DNA from: an uncultured beta proteobacterium
GTDB taxonomy: Bacteria; Pseudomonadota; Gammaproteobacteria; Burkholderiales; Rhodocyclaceae
Reading direction: 5' to 3'
DNA length: 64,000 bases
Assembly (NCBI GenBank): GCA_963736845.1
Contig: CAVTQL010000021.1
Span: forward strand, 36,030 to 100,029
Position 1 is the stretch's first letter. The number at the start of each line of letters is the position of its first letter. The position numbers and the translations under genes were made by a program. The notes beneath the pieces are model-generated. The model made no database searches and was not told the DNA's origin. It saw nothing but the letters and a program-made list of their open reading frames with translations. Of the stretch, positions 23,664 to 33,714 are shown piece by piece.

Positions 23664-25824
23664 GGATATTCCCTCCCGACAATGCGTCCAGAACCTGCTG
23701 CTTCGGGCCGTCGGCGACGATGCGGCCGCCTTCGAGGACGATCAGCCGGTCCACCAGGCTGAGCAGCGACGACCGGTGCGTGATCAGCACGACGGTGTGG
23801 CGCGGCGTCAGGCAGTTGGCCAGGCGGGCCTTGAAGTTTTCTTCCGAGCGGTTGTCGAGCGAATTGGTCGGCTCGTCGAGGAGCAGCAGCGGCGGGTCGG
23901 TGAGCAGCGCGCGCGCCACCGCGATGGCCTGGCGCTGGCCGCCCGAGAGGCGTTCGCCGCGTTCGCCGAGTTGCATGTCGAAGCCTTTCGGGTTGTCCTT
24001 GACGAAATCCATGACGCCGGCGACCTGGGCGGCGCGCAGCATCGCCTCGTCGTCCTGGAACTGGGCCGACATCATGATGTTGTCGCGCACGCTGCCGAAG
24101 AAGAGGTAGACGTCCTGCGGCACGTAACCGACGTTGTGGCGGATGTCGGCGGGGTCCATCTGGTTGAGGTCGAGGCCGTCGAGCCAGACCGAGCCGGAGA
24201 TCGGCTGGTAGAGGCCGAGCAGCAGCTTGTGCAGCGTCGTCTTGCCGGAGCCGACGCGGCCGATGATGCCGACGCGTTCGCCGGCCTTGATGCTGAACGA
24301 GATGTCGCGCAGCGCGCCGATTTCCTGTTCGGGGTAGGAGAAGGAGACGTTGCGGAACTCGATGTCGCCGACGATGTTCTGCCGATGGACGAAGCTCTTG
24401 CCGCGCGGCCGCTCGGTCGGCAGGCTCATGATGTTGTCGATGCCGCGCAGCGCCGAGGTGACCTGGTAGTAGCGCGTCATCAGCGCGGCGATCTGCGAGA
24501 ACGGCATGATCGCCCGGGTGACCAGCAGGCTGCAGGCGATCAGCGCGCCGACCGACATATTGTGGGCGGCGATCTGGTAAACGCCGACGACGACGACCAT
24601 GACGACGGCGATGTTCTGCAGGAAGGCCGAGACGTTGGATATCAGGGTCGACAGCAGTTTCGCCGCGAGGCCGTGCCGCTCGATCTCGCCGATGGTCTGC
24701 TCCCACTGGCGTTGCGCGCGGCTCTCGGCGCGCATTGTCTTGACCGTCTCGATGCCGCTCAGCGTTTCGATCAGGATGGATTGCTTCTGCGACACGGCCA
24801 TCATCACCTTGCGTACGCGCGACGACAGCGGCCCCTGCAGCGCGAGGCCGACGAAGATGGCGAGCGGGATGGTGACCAGCGGGACGACGACCACCCAGCC
24901 GCCAATCCACCAGATGACGGCGAGGAAGAGGAAGGCGAAGGGCAGGTCGATCAGCGTCGCGATGGTCGCCGAGGTGATCATGTCGCGGAAGCCGTCGAAT
25001 TCCTGGAGCGTGTTGACCAGGTTGCCGACCGAGCGCGGCCGGACTTCGGAGCGGAGCGCGAGGATCTGTTCGAAGATGTTGGACAGGAAGATCACGTCCA
25101 CCTGCTTGCCGGCGACATCGAGGAAATAGCCGCGCAAGGTGCGCATCAGCAGGTCGAAGCAGTAGGCGATGACGAGGCCGATCGCCAGCACCCACAGGGT
25201 CTCGTACGCTTCGTTCGGGACTACCCGGTCGTAGACGTTCATGATGAACAGCGGCGAGAGCAGGGCGAAGACGTTGATCAGGAAGGAGGCGATCAGCACC
25301 TCGGAATACAGTGGCCAGGCACGCTGCACGACGCCCCAGAACCAGTTTTCCGGGCGCGGGAGCTCGTAGTTGCCGACCCGCTCGTCGTAGCGGAAGCCCG
25401 GCTTGACGTAGATGACGCTGCCGGCATAGCGCGCTTCGAGTTCGTCCTGCGGCAGGGTGGTCTCGCCGCCGCCCGAATCGGGGTCGATGAAGCGCCAGAG
25501 GCGCGTTTCGGCATCGCAGCCGATCGCGACGGTGGCCGAGCCGTCGTTGAGCAGCAGGACGGCGGGGAAGGTGTTGGGCGAGATGTCCTTGAGCGCGCGG
25601 CGCATGATGCGCGCCGAGATGCCGGCGCGGTCGGCGGCGCGCGTGAACAGTTCGGGCGTCAGGCGCCCCTGTTCGAGCGGCAGCCCGGCCGTCAGCGTCT
25701 GCGCCGAGAACGGCCGCTGGAAGAAGCGGGTCAGGATGACGAGGCAATCCGTCAGCGGGTCGGACGCCTGGTAGGCCGCGCGCGGCAAGGTCCAGGGATC
25801 CTGCGGGGTGCTCGTTGAGGTCAT
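23647..25824 (-). CDS. lapB: T1SS ABC transporter ATPase/permease with N-terminal C39-like domain (LapB-like)
   Basis: The internal ATG at 25824 gives a 725-aa protein. Walker A is GRVGSGKTT, signature LSGGQRQ, Walker B LLLLDEP, and there are six TM helices. Confidence 0.9.
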   Translation of the reverse strand: MTSTSTPQDPWTLPRAAYQASDPLTDCLVILTRFFQRPFSAQTLTAGLPLEQGRLTPELFTRAADRAGISARIMRRALKDISPNTFPAVLLLNDGSATVAIGCDAETRLWRFIDPDSGGGETTLPQDELEARYAGSVIYVKPGFRYDERVGNYELPRPENWFWGVVQRAWPLYSEVLIASFLINVFALLSPLFIMNVYDRVVPNEAYETLWVLAIGLVIAYCFDLLMRTLRGYFLDVAGKQVDVIFLSNIFEQILALRSEVRPRSVGNLVNTLQEFDGFRDMITSATIATLIDLPFAFLFLAVIWWIGGWVVVVPLVTIPLAIFVGLALQGPLSSRVRKVMMAVSQKQSILIETLSGIETVKTMRAESRAQRQWEQTIGEIERHGLAAKLLSTLISNVSAFLQNIAVVMVVVVGVYQIAAHNMSVGALIACSLLVTRAIMPFSQIAALMTRYYQVTSALRGIDNIMSLPTERPRGKSFVHRQNIVGDIEFRNVSFSYPEQEIGALRDISFSIKAGERVGIIGRVGSGKTTLHKLLLGLYQPISGSVWLDGLDLNQMDPADIRHNVGYVPQDVYLFFGSVRDNIMMSAQFQDDEAMLRAAQVAGVMDFVKDNPKGFDMQLGERGERLSGGQRQAIAVARALLTDPPLLLLDEPTNSLDNRSEENFKARLANCLTPRHTVVLITHRSSLLSLVDRLIVLEGGRIVADGPKQQVLDALSGGNIRVQSN

Positions 25825-25970
25825 GGTCGGGGCGTTCTCGCGTTGGACTTGTTCGGACCCTGCGGCGTGCGCGCAGGGCATTTTGAGCGTGGAGCGAAAC
25901 ATACCCTACCGGGGCGCAAGGCGCCACTGCTTCGGGGCATCGGCGGGCGTTTCAGGCGATCAGCGGTCGT

Positions 25971-27398
25971 TCACAGCAGCGGGCTCATCGTCTGCGCGGC
26001 GTTTTCGAGGAGGCGGCGCGCGCGCGGGCGGGAACGCCATTGCGCCAGTTCGAGCACGCCGGAGCGGGATTCGTATTCGCGCTGCAGGGCGCGCATGGCG
26101 GCGGCGAATTCGTGGTCGTAGGCGATCAGCGAGACCTCGAAATTGAGCTCGAAGCTGCGCAAGTCGAGGTTGACCGTCCCGAATACGGTGATTTCGTCGT
26201 TGACCACCATGCTCTTGGTGTGCAGGAGGCCGTCGCGGAACTGCCGTATCGTCACCCCGACGGCCAGCAGGTCGTCGTGGTAGGCCTCGCTGGCGAGCCG
26301 CACCAGGCGCGAGTCGATCCTTTCCGGTACGATCAGGACGACCTGCACGCCGCGCAGGGCCGCTGACCGGAGCGCGGTCAGCAGCGCTTCGCCGGGCACG
26401 AAGTAGGGCGTGGTCAGGACGATTTCGCGGCGCGCCGCGTAGATGGCGGCAAGCAGCAGGGCATCGATGCGGACGACCGAGGCCTGCGGTCCCGACGGAA
26501 AGATCTGCACATGCCCTGTACCGGGCGCCGGCAGGTCGGGTGGCGAGGGCGGCGCGAAAGGCGTGCCGGTCTGCAGCGAGGTCAGCGTCAGCGAGACGGC
26601 TTCGAGCACCCAGGCGGCCGGCCCCTCGATCCGGACCATGGCATCCACCCATTCGCCGACGCCGGCATCCTGCTTGAAGAAACGCGGATCGGCGATGTTC
26701 ATGCTGCCGGTGTAGGCGATGCGGCGGTCGATGACCGCGATCTTGCGATGGTCGCGGAGGTCGAAGCGGACGAACAGGGCGCGCAGCGGGTTGACCGGCA
26801 GGACCTCGACGACCTCGACGCCGGCCTGGCGCAGGCGCTCGACCGCCGTGCTGCGCAAGAACGGCCGGCTGCCCAGGGAATCCATCAGCACGGTGCAGGC
26901 GATGCCGCGGCGCGCGGCCCGTGCCAGCGCGACGACGAGGTCATCGACGAAGCCGCCCGGGTACCAGATGTAGAACTCCAGGCGGACCGAGCCGCGGGCG
27001 GCGTCGATATCGGCGATGAGCGCGCGCATGATCGCCGCGCTGTCGGCAAGCAACTGGAGGCGGTGGCCGTTCATCGCCGGCATTCCGACGGCGGCGCGGG
27101 CCAGCCGGCTGACGCTTTCCGCACCGGGGGAGAGCGCCTGCGGGTCGCTGATGCAGGCCGCCGGAATCCCCTCGGCCCAGCGCAGTATCTCGGGATGGAG
27201 GGCAGCCGCCCGCCGCATCCAGGTTCTTCCCAGCCGCCGCTCGCCGATCAGCAGGTAGGCCAGCGCGCCGACCGCGGGCAGCAGGATGACCAGCAGCAAC
27301 CACGCCACGGCCGTTCCGCCCGTGCTGCGCCGCGCGAAGATGCGCAGCGCGATGCCGGTCAGCACGAAGAAGTGGAGAAAGGAAAGGAGGACAAGCAT
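25971..27398 (-). CDS. cls: cardiolipin synthase
   Basis: The internal ATG at 27398 gives MLVLLSFLHFFVLTGIALRIF... (2 TM). Two HKD motifs are present (HRKIAVIDRRIAYTGSMN; LHTKSMVVNDEITVFGTVN). Confidence 0.88.
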   Translation of the reverse strand: MLVLLSFLHFFVLTGIALRIFARRSTGGTAVAWLLLVILLPAVGALAYLLIGERRLGRTWMRRAAALHPEILRWAEGIPAACISDPQALSPGAESVSRLARAAVGMPAMNGHRLQLLADSAAIMRALIADIDAARGSVRLEFYIWYPGGFVDDLVVALARAARRGIACTVLMDSLGSRPFLRSTAVERLRQAGVEVVEVLPVNPLRALFVRFDLRDHRKIAVIDRRIAYTGSMNIADPRFFKQDAGVGEWVDAMVRIEGPAAWVLEAVSLTLTSLQTGTPFAPPSPPDLPAPGTGHVQIFPSGPQASVVRIDALLLAAIYAARREIVLTTPYFVPGEALLTALRSAALRGVQVVLIVPERIDSRLVRLASEAYHDDLLAVGVTIRQFRDGLLHTKSMVVNDEITVFGTVNLDLRSFELNFEVSLIAYDHEFAAAMRALQREYESRSGVLELAQWRSRPRARRLLENAAQTMSPLL

Positions 27399-27462
27399 GG
27401 CAGGTGCAGTATCGGATGCCGGATCGACTCCGGTCAATGGTCCGAACCGCCGGTTCGCGCCA

Positions 27463-28017
27463 TCATGCGCCCGGTTGCGGTCGCCGACTGAAATTGAAGC
27501 GTTCCGGCACGTCAACCGCAGCGATCCGTTGCAGTGGGATGTCCCGCCAGCGAACCGGCGCGCCGTCGTTGCCGGCCATCAGTGCGAGCAGGGTGTGGTC
27601 GTCGGCGACATCGCCGGTCGCGGTCGCGCGGCATTCGCCGAAGAATCGCGCGAGGTCGCGGTCGTCGAGCAAGCCGATGCCGAGGTCGGCTTGCAGCAGG
27701 ATGCTGCCGTCCTGGTCGAGATGGACGGCCCGAACGCTGCCGGCCGCCGCCCCGGTGTGGCTGACGAAGCCATCGCCTTCGCGCCGGAAAACCCACGGCG
27801 TATAGGCGAGTTCGACGAACACCCGCTGCGGCCCGTTCTGCACGAACCAGCAGCCCGAATCATCGCCACCGTACTGGCGGTTCATGAAGTCGATCAGGCC
27901 GCGGTGCGTGACGCGCTCGCCCTGCAAGCGCCAGTCGCCGCGCCGGTCGAGCGACAACCAGTCGTAGCAGGCGGGGACATTGGGCCATTTGGCGATGGCG
28001 GAGAGATCGACGGCCAT
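27463..28017 (-). CDS. conserved hypothetical protein translationally coupled to gcvP
   Basis: [31 protein letters not shown]...WFVQNGPQRVFVEL.. The ATG overlaps the gcvP stop (ATGA at 28015-28019). I cannot name the family with confidence. Confidence 0.6.
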   Translation of the reverse strand: MAVDLSAIAKWPNVPACYDWLSLDRRGDWRLQGERVTHRGLIDFMNRQYGGDDSGCWFVQNGPQRVFVELAYTPWVFRREGDGFVSHTGAAAGSVRAVHLDQDGSILLQADLGIGLLDDRDLARFFGECRATATGDVADDHTLLALMAGNDGAPVRWRDIPLQRIAAVDVPERFNFSRRPQPGA

Positions 28018-30868
28018 CAGTCGGCGTAGTTCTCCATCGGCGGGCAGGCGCAGTTCAGGTGGCGGTCGCCATAGACATCGTCGATGCGATTGACGCTCGG
28101 CCAGAACTTGTTGGCCGCGACCCACGGCAGCGGGAAGACGGCCTGTTCGCGGCTGTACGGGTGCTTCCATTCGCCGTCGATGACATCCGCCTGCGAATGC
28201 GGGGCATTCTTGAGCGGATTATTGTCGGCCGTCCATACGCCATTCTCGATCTGGCGGATTTCCTCGCGGATGGCAATCAACGCCTCGATGAAGCGGTCCA
28301 GTTCAGCCTTCGACTCGGATTCCGTCGGCTCGACCATGATCGTGCCGGCCACCGGGAAGGACACCGTCGGCGCGTGGAAACCGTAGTCCATCAGGCGCTT
28401 GGCGATGTCGATCTCGGCGATGCCGGTGGCGGCCTTGATCGGGCGGATGTCGAGGATGCACTCGTGGGCGACGCGGCCGTTCTTGCCGACGTAGAGCACC
28501 GGGTAGTGCGCCTTCAGCTGGCGTGGCGACGTAGTTGGCGTTGAGGATGGCGACTTGCGTGGCCTTCTTGACGCCTTCGCCGCCGAGCATGGCGAGGTAC
28601 ATCCAGGAAATGGTCAGGATCGACGCCGATCCGAACGGGGCTGCGGACACCGCGCCCTGTCCGCTGTGCGGGCCGTCGATGGGCGCAACACGTGGTTGGC
28701 CATGAACGGTGCCAGGTGCGCCTTGAGGCCGATCGGGCCCATGCCCGGTCCGCCGCCGCCGTGCGGGATGGCGAAGGTCTTGTGCAGGTTCATGTGGCTG
28801 ACGTCGGCACCGATGAAACCGGGCGAGGTCAGGCCGACCTGGGCGTTGAGGTTGGCGCCGTCCATGTACACCTGGCCGCCGTGCCGGCGTGAACGATGGC
28901 GCAGATGTCGCGCACGGCTTCCTCGAAGACGCCGTGCGTGGACGGGTAGGTGATCATCAGGCAGGCGAGGTTGGCGGCATGCAATTTCGCCTTGTTTTCC
29001 AGGTCGACCGTATCAACGTTGCCGTTTTCATCGCAATCGACGACGACGACCTGCATGTGGCACATCTGCGCCGTCGCCGGGTTGGTGCCGTGCGCCGATT
29101 TCGGGATCAGGCAGACGTTGCGATGGCCTTCGCCACGGCTGGCGTGATAGCGGGCAATCGCCACCAGGCCGGCGTATTCGCCCTGCGCGCCGGAGTTCGG
29201 CTGCATGCAGATGGCGTCGAAGCCGGTGACGGTCTTCAGCCATCCGGTCAGGCCGCCGATCATCTCGAGGTAGCCCTGCACCTGGTCGCGCGGGGCGAAC
29301 GGGTGGATGCCGCCGAATTCCGGCCAGGTGACCGGGATCATCTCGCTGGTCGCGTTCAGCTTCATGGTGCACGAGCCGAGCGAGATCATCGAGTGGTCGA
29401 GCGCCAGATCCTTGTTCTGCAGCGACTTCAGGTAGCGCAGCATCTCGTGTTCGGTGTGGTGCGTGTTGAACACCGGGTGGGTCAGGATGGCATCATCGCG
29501 CAGTAGCGGGCTTAGCGGGCTGTTGGCGGTGGCTTGCGCGTCGAGTACGGCGAGATCGGGGGACTGGCCGGCGAGGGCTTGCAGCAGGGTGGCGACGTCG
29601 GCGGCCGTGGTCGTTTCATCGAACGAAATGCCTTGCATGCCGTTGCCGAGCGGGCGGAAGTTGTAGCCGGCGACCGTCTTGTCGGTCCTGACCTGCACGG
29701 TGTCGAAGAATGTTGCGGTTGACACGGAAATTCCCGCCATTTTCAGGCCCTCGACCAGCATCCCGGTCAGGCGGTGGATACGGCTGGCGATGGTCTTCAA
29801 GCCTTGCGGGCCGTGATAGACGGCGTACATGCCGGCCATGTTGGCGAGCAGCACCTGCGAGGTGCAGATGTTTGAATTGGCCTTCTCGCGGCGGATGTGC
29901 TGCTCGCGCGTCTGCAGCGTCATGCGGTAGGCGGTGTTGCCGCGCGCATCCTTCGAGACGCCGATGATGCGGCCCGGCATCGAGCGAACGAAGGCTTCGC
30001 GGGTGGCGAAGAAGGCGGCGTGCGGGCCGCCGAAGCCCATCGGGATGCCGAAGCGCTGGCTGGAGCCGAGGGCGATGTCGGCGCCCATGGCGCCCGGCGA
30101 CTTGAGCAGCACCAGCGCCATCAGGTCGGTGGCGACGGCGATGGTCGCGCCCCTGGCCTTGAGGCCGGCGATGGTGGCGGTCAGGTCGCGGACTTCGCCG
30201 TTGTCGCCCGGGTACTGGAGCAGGGCGCCGAAGAATTCCTCGTCTTTTGCCGTGTTGACCGCGGCAATCACCAGTTCGAAGCCGAAATAGCCGGCGCGGG
30301 TCTTGACCACGTCGATGGTCTGCGGGAAACAGGCGGCATCGACCAGGAAACGGTTGGATTTCGACTTGGAGACGCGGCGCGCCATGGTCATGGCTTCGGC
30401 GGCGGCGGTGGCTTCGTCGAGCAGCGAGGCGTTGGCGATTTCCAGGCCGGTCAGATCGACGACCATCTGCTGGAAATTCATCAGCGCTTCGAGGCGGCCC
30501 TGGGCGATTTCGGCCTGGTAGGGCGTGTAGGCGGTGTACCAGCCGGGGTTTTCCATGACGTTGCGCAGGATGACCTTGGGCGTCAGCGTGTCGTAGTAGC
30601 CCATGCCGATGCAGGACTTGTTGACGACGTTCTTGCTGGCGATGGCCTTCAGGTCGGCCAGCGCCTCATGCTCGCGTTGCGGCGCGGGCAGCGGGAGGTC
30701 GGCCGGCAGGCGGATGGCGGCGGGAACGGTCTGGTCGATCAGGTCGTCGAGGCTGGCGGCGCCGATGGCGGCCAGCATCGCGGTCATTTCAGCGGCGCAG
30801 GGGCCGATGTGACGGCCGATGAACTCGTCGTGCTGTTCCAGCGCGGAGAGCGGTTGGGTGAATGGCAT
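28017..30868 (-). CDS. gcvP: glycine dehydrogenase (decarboxylating) GcvP, about 3 frame breaks (near 28875, 28690, 28530)
   Basis: [23 protein letters not shown]...[16 protein letters not shown]... The sequence continues through ORFs 28614-28871 (..[19 protein letters not shown]..), 28303-28650 and 28017-28499. Confidence 0.93.
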
Positions 30869-30894
30869 GGGCAATGATCCTGAATAAAGATTAC

Positions 30895-30966
30895 GACGCA
30901 GATGACGCAGATAGGCGCAGATCAAGCAAAGGCATTGAATCTGCGTTTATCCGCGCAATCTGCGTC
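30895..30966. repeat. CGCAGAT-triplet intergenic repeat, copy 2 (full imperfect palindrome)
   Basis: gacgcagatgacgcagataggcgcagatcaagc...gaatctgcgtttatccgcgcaatctgcgtc has three direct CGCAGAT (30897, 30906, 30916) facing three inverted copies. It lies between gcvH and gcvP. Confidence 0.7.
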
Positions 30967-30987
30967 GAAAAAGTAGTCTGCTCTGGC

Positions 30988-31374
30988 TCAGGCGGCGTCG
31001 GCGACGGCCTGGTAGGCGGCGGCGTCGAGCATCTGGTCGAGGTCGGCGACATTGTCCGGGGTCATCTTGAACAGCCAGGCGGCGTAGGCGTCCTGATTGA
31101 CCGATTCCGGCGCATCGGCAGCCGCCTGATTGACTTCGGTGACGGTGCCGGCGATCGGCGCGTAGACGTCGGCGGCGGCCTTGACCGATTCGACGACGGC
31201 GATTTCCTTCTCGGCATCGAAATGGGCGCCGACTTCCGGCAGTTCGACGAAAACGAGGTCGCCGAGGGCTTCCTGGGCGTGGTCGGTGATGCCGACGGTG
31301 ACGGAGCCGTCAGCGTTGAGCAGCATCCATTCGTGGGAGGCGGCGTACTTGAGGTTGGCGGGGACGTTGGACAT
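30988..31374 (-). CDS. gcvH: glycine cleavage system H protein
   Basis: 128 aa, [17 protein letters not shown]...[14 protein letters not shown].. with the lipoyl-lysine motif. Confidence 0.95.
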   Translation of the reverse strand: MSNVPANLKYAASHEWMLLNADGSVTVGITDHAQEALGDLVFVELPEVGAHFDAEKEIAVVESVKAAADVYAPIAGTVTEVNQAAADAPESVNQDAYAAWLFKMTPDNVADLDQMLDAAAYQAVADAA

Positions 31375-31438
31375 GGGGGCTCCTTAAAAAGTGTTGTCGG
31401 TTGAAGATGGTTGATGGATAATTCGGCGCAAAGTGGTT

Positions 31439-33703
31439 TCAGGAGGGCTTTGAGGGCGACGGGTGGGCGTTGGTGAGCGCTGCTTCGTGACTACGGGCGG
31501 GTTTGCACCGAGCCACGTTTCGCTTGTCGTGTGCCCCATCGGTTCGGGCGTTTTTGTTGACACCGAACTGTGCCCGGAGCGTTGCCAAGGTGATAGCGAC
31601 GCCTTGCTTGATGTCGAAAACGTTCACGTCCTCGCGCACCGCCGGGCGGTTGTTCTTTAGTCGAGTTGCCGTGAAGGTCTGAGCACGTCGCGAGGCGGAG
31701 TGACAGCAGAGTCGATCTGGCAACCCGCATGCGTCGGGTTGCCAACGAAACGAGTGGCTCGTGATGAGCCCAGACGCGCCGACACCCGAGTCGATGATTG
31801 CGCTGCGAGAAGCGCGCGAACTTCACGCAGTCGTCGTTCGAGCCAACTGAGCGCCTGCTCGAATCGCACTCCGTGACGTTGTAGTCTGCCAACCCGCGCG
31901 TGCAGTGATGAGGCTCTGGATTGCCGAGAGCCCCGAATACGGCGGATTGCCGATGACGACGGTGAAGCGTTTCTACCGTTTGATCTCGTTGACGGCGCGG
32001 CTTCGTGGGCCAGCGCCTCGAAGCCGACGAAGCGCCGAGCTGTCTCGCTCACGGGTTCGAGCGCGTTGGTCAGGTAGACGCGGACGCGTTCGTCGCTGCC
32101 GAAGCGGTAGCCGGTCTCGGAGAGCTTGAGGCCGATCTTCATGTGGGCGATGGCGTAGGGCGCCATCATCAGCTCGTAAGCCGTGCAGGCGCGGCAGCAG
32201 GTGCTTCGGGCACGTAGTCGTTCCACAGCCTCGCGTTGCTGCTGCGCCTCGGTCGAGCCGCTGCTGTCTTCCACTTGGCCTGATCAGGGTGCGGTGGATC
32301 ACGTCGATCACTTCGACCAGGAAGGTGGCGGTGCCGGTGGCGGGGTCGAGGATTTGGACGAAGGGTTCGTCGGGCGAGATGGTCGCGCTGTCATCGCGCT
32401 GCCTCGTCGGTGAGAGGCGGCATTTCAGGTCCGGGTTGCTTTTGAGCCATCTCGCCCCAGGTGACGGTGGCGGCCAGGCCGTCTTCCAGGCCGAACTCGG
32501 TTTGCAGCAGTTCGTGGACGCTGCGCACGATGTAGGAGACCACCGGCTGCGGGGTGTAGAAGACGCCGCGCTGGACCTTCAGCTTCTTGTCGTAGGCGGC
32601 GAGGAAGTGCTCGTAGAAGTGGATGACCGGGTCTTCGCCGCGGGTTCTGGTTGCCGAAGTCGCGCAGGATGGCCGGCAGGTCGGTCTCGTCGCCGCGCAG
32701 GAGTTCCACCACGTCCTGGATGCCCAGCTCGTCGAAGTCGATGCCGCCCTTGCCGCGCCGCCGGCCTGGAGGAAGGTCTGGAGCATCTCCTTGCAGGAAC
32801 GGGTTGGTGATGGGCACCATGTCGGTGACGTTGCTCGGCGACGAGGCGGTGCCGTGCGGCCCCGCTCATCTCGGTGCGCGAGATGGCGGCGGTGAGCAGG
32901 CCGTAGGTGATGGTCTGGGCGTAGGTGTCGGCGAAGTCTGCCTCGCGTCAGGTCGTGGATCAGCGCGGTCTGGAAGGCCTTGTGCAGCTGGCGCAGCGGG
33001 CCGCGCTCGGACTCGTGGTCCATCAGCGTGCGCGCGGCGTCGCGGATGCCGCGCGCCAGCGCGGCCAGCCGCTCGGCCAGCGCGTCGGCGGTGCGGATGA
33101 CGTGGCCCAGGCGGTGGCGGAAGGCGCGCGACCACTGCTCGCGCCAGGCGTCCGCGTCGGCGGGGTCATCGGGCCAGCGCAGCCGCTCGTGCAGCGTAGC
33201 GGCCACGTAGTCGAGCTTGAGGCCGGTGTCGCGCGCCGTCCCAGCCCAGCACGCGCAGGGTGGGCAGGTCGCCCGCCTCCTGGTGGAAGTGGGCGAAGGC
33301 GATCTCGCGCTGGTCGGTGGCCTCGTCGCCAAAGGCGGAGATGAAGAGCAGGTCGTCCAGGTGCCAGGCGGCGCGCGTCGGCCCGGTTGGCGCGAGGCGC
33401 GCTTCTTGAGCACCAGGTGGCTGAGGATGCGGCGCAGCACCACCACCGGCATGCGTCTTGTTCTCGAACTCGACGAAGAAGATGCCCCACGGCTGGCCGT
33501 GCTGCAGCGGGCGCAGCTGGTGGATCGTCTTGACCTTGGCGGCGTCCTCGTCCTTCAGGCCCAGCTCGGCCGGGGCGTACTCGAAGGTGAGCTCGTCGAA
33601 GCTCGTACTTCTGCAGCGGCCAGTCGAGCTCGTCTTCCAGGTAGCGCGACCAGGTCGTCGAAGTTCTTGATGGCGCGGAGGCGGTCGGCAGGCGTTGGGC
33701 CAT
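31439..33703 (-). pseudogene. N6-adenine DNA methyltransferase (type IIG / type ISP / PglX-like family), many frame breaks, one in-frame TAG, apparently 3'-truncated
   Basis: ATG at 33703 with AGGAG 8 nt upstream. Stitching the frames gives ..YLEDELDWPLQKYE..FEYAPAELGLKDEDAAKVKTIHQLRPLQHGQPWGIFFVEFE.., ..FADTYAQTITYGLL.., ..EDPVIHFYEHFLAAYDKKLKVQRGVFYTPQPVVSYIVRSV.., ..YELMMAPYAIAHMKIGL.., ..KRFTVVIGNPPYSG.. (motif IV), ..DDCVKFARFSQ.. and ..DLHGNSTKNN...NVFDIKQGVAI.. There is no room for a target-recognition C-terminus before gcvH. Confidence 0.75.
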
Positions 33704-33714
33704 GGCCGATGCTC

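Noticed and set aside
23035-25818. 927-aa plus-strand ORF opposite the HlyD/ABC genes, and the 764-aa alternative minus-frame ORF 23633-25927
   Set aside because: They have Arg/Asp/Gly-rich composition and no motifs. The Walker A/B and signature motifs define the real frame (23647-25824).
31375-31440. Direct repeats or target-site duplication at the two island borders (31.4 kb versus 37.3 kb)
   Set aside because: By-eye comparison of the border sequences found no shared repeat of 8 nt or more. The insertion mechanism therefore cannot be claimed.
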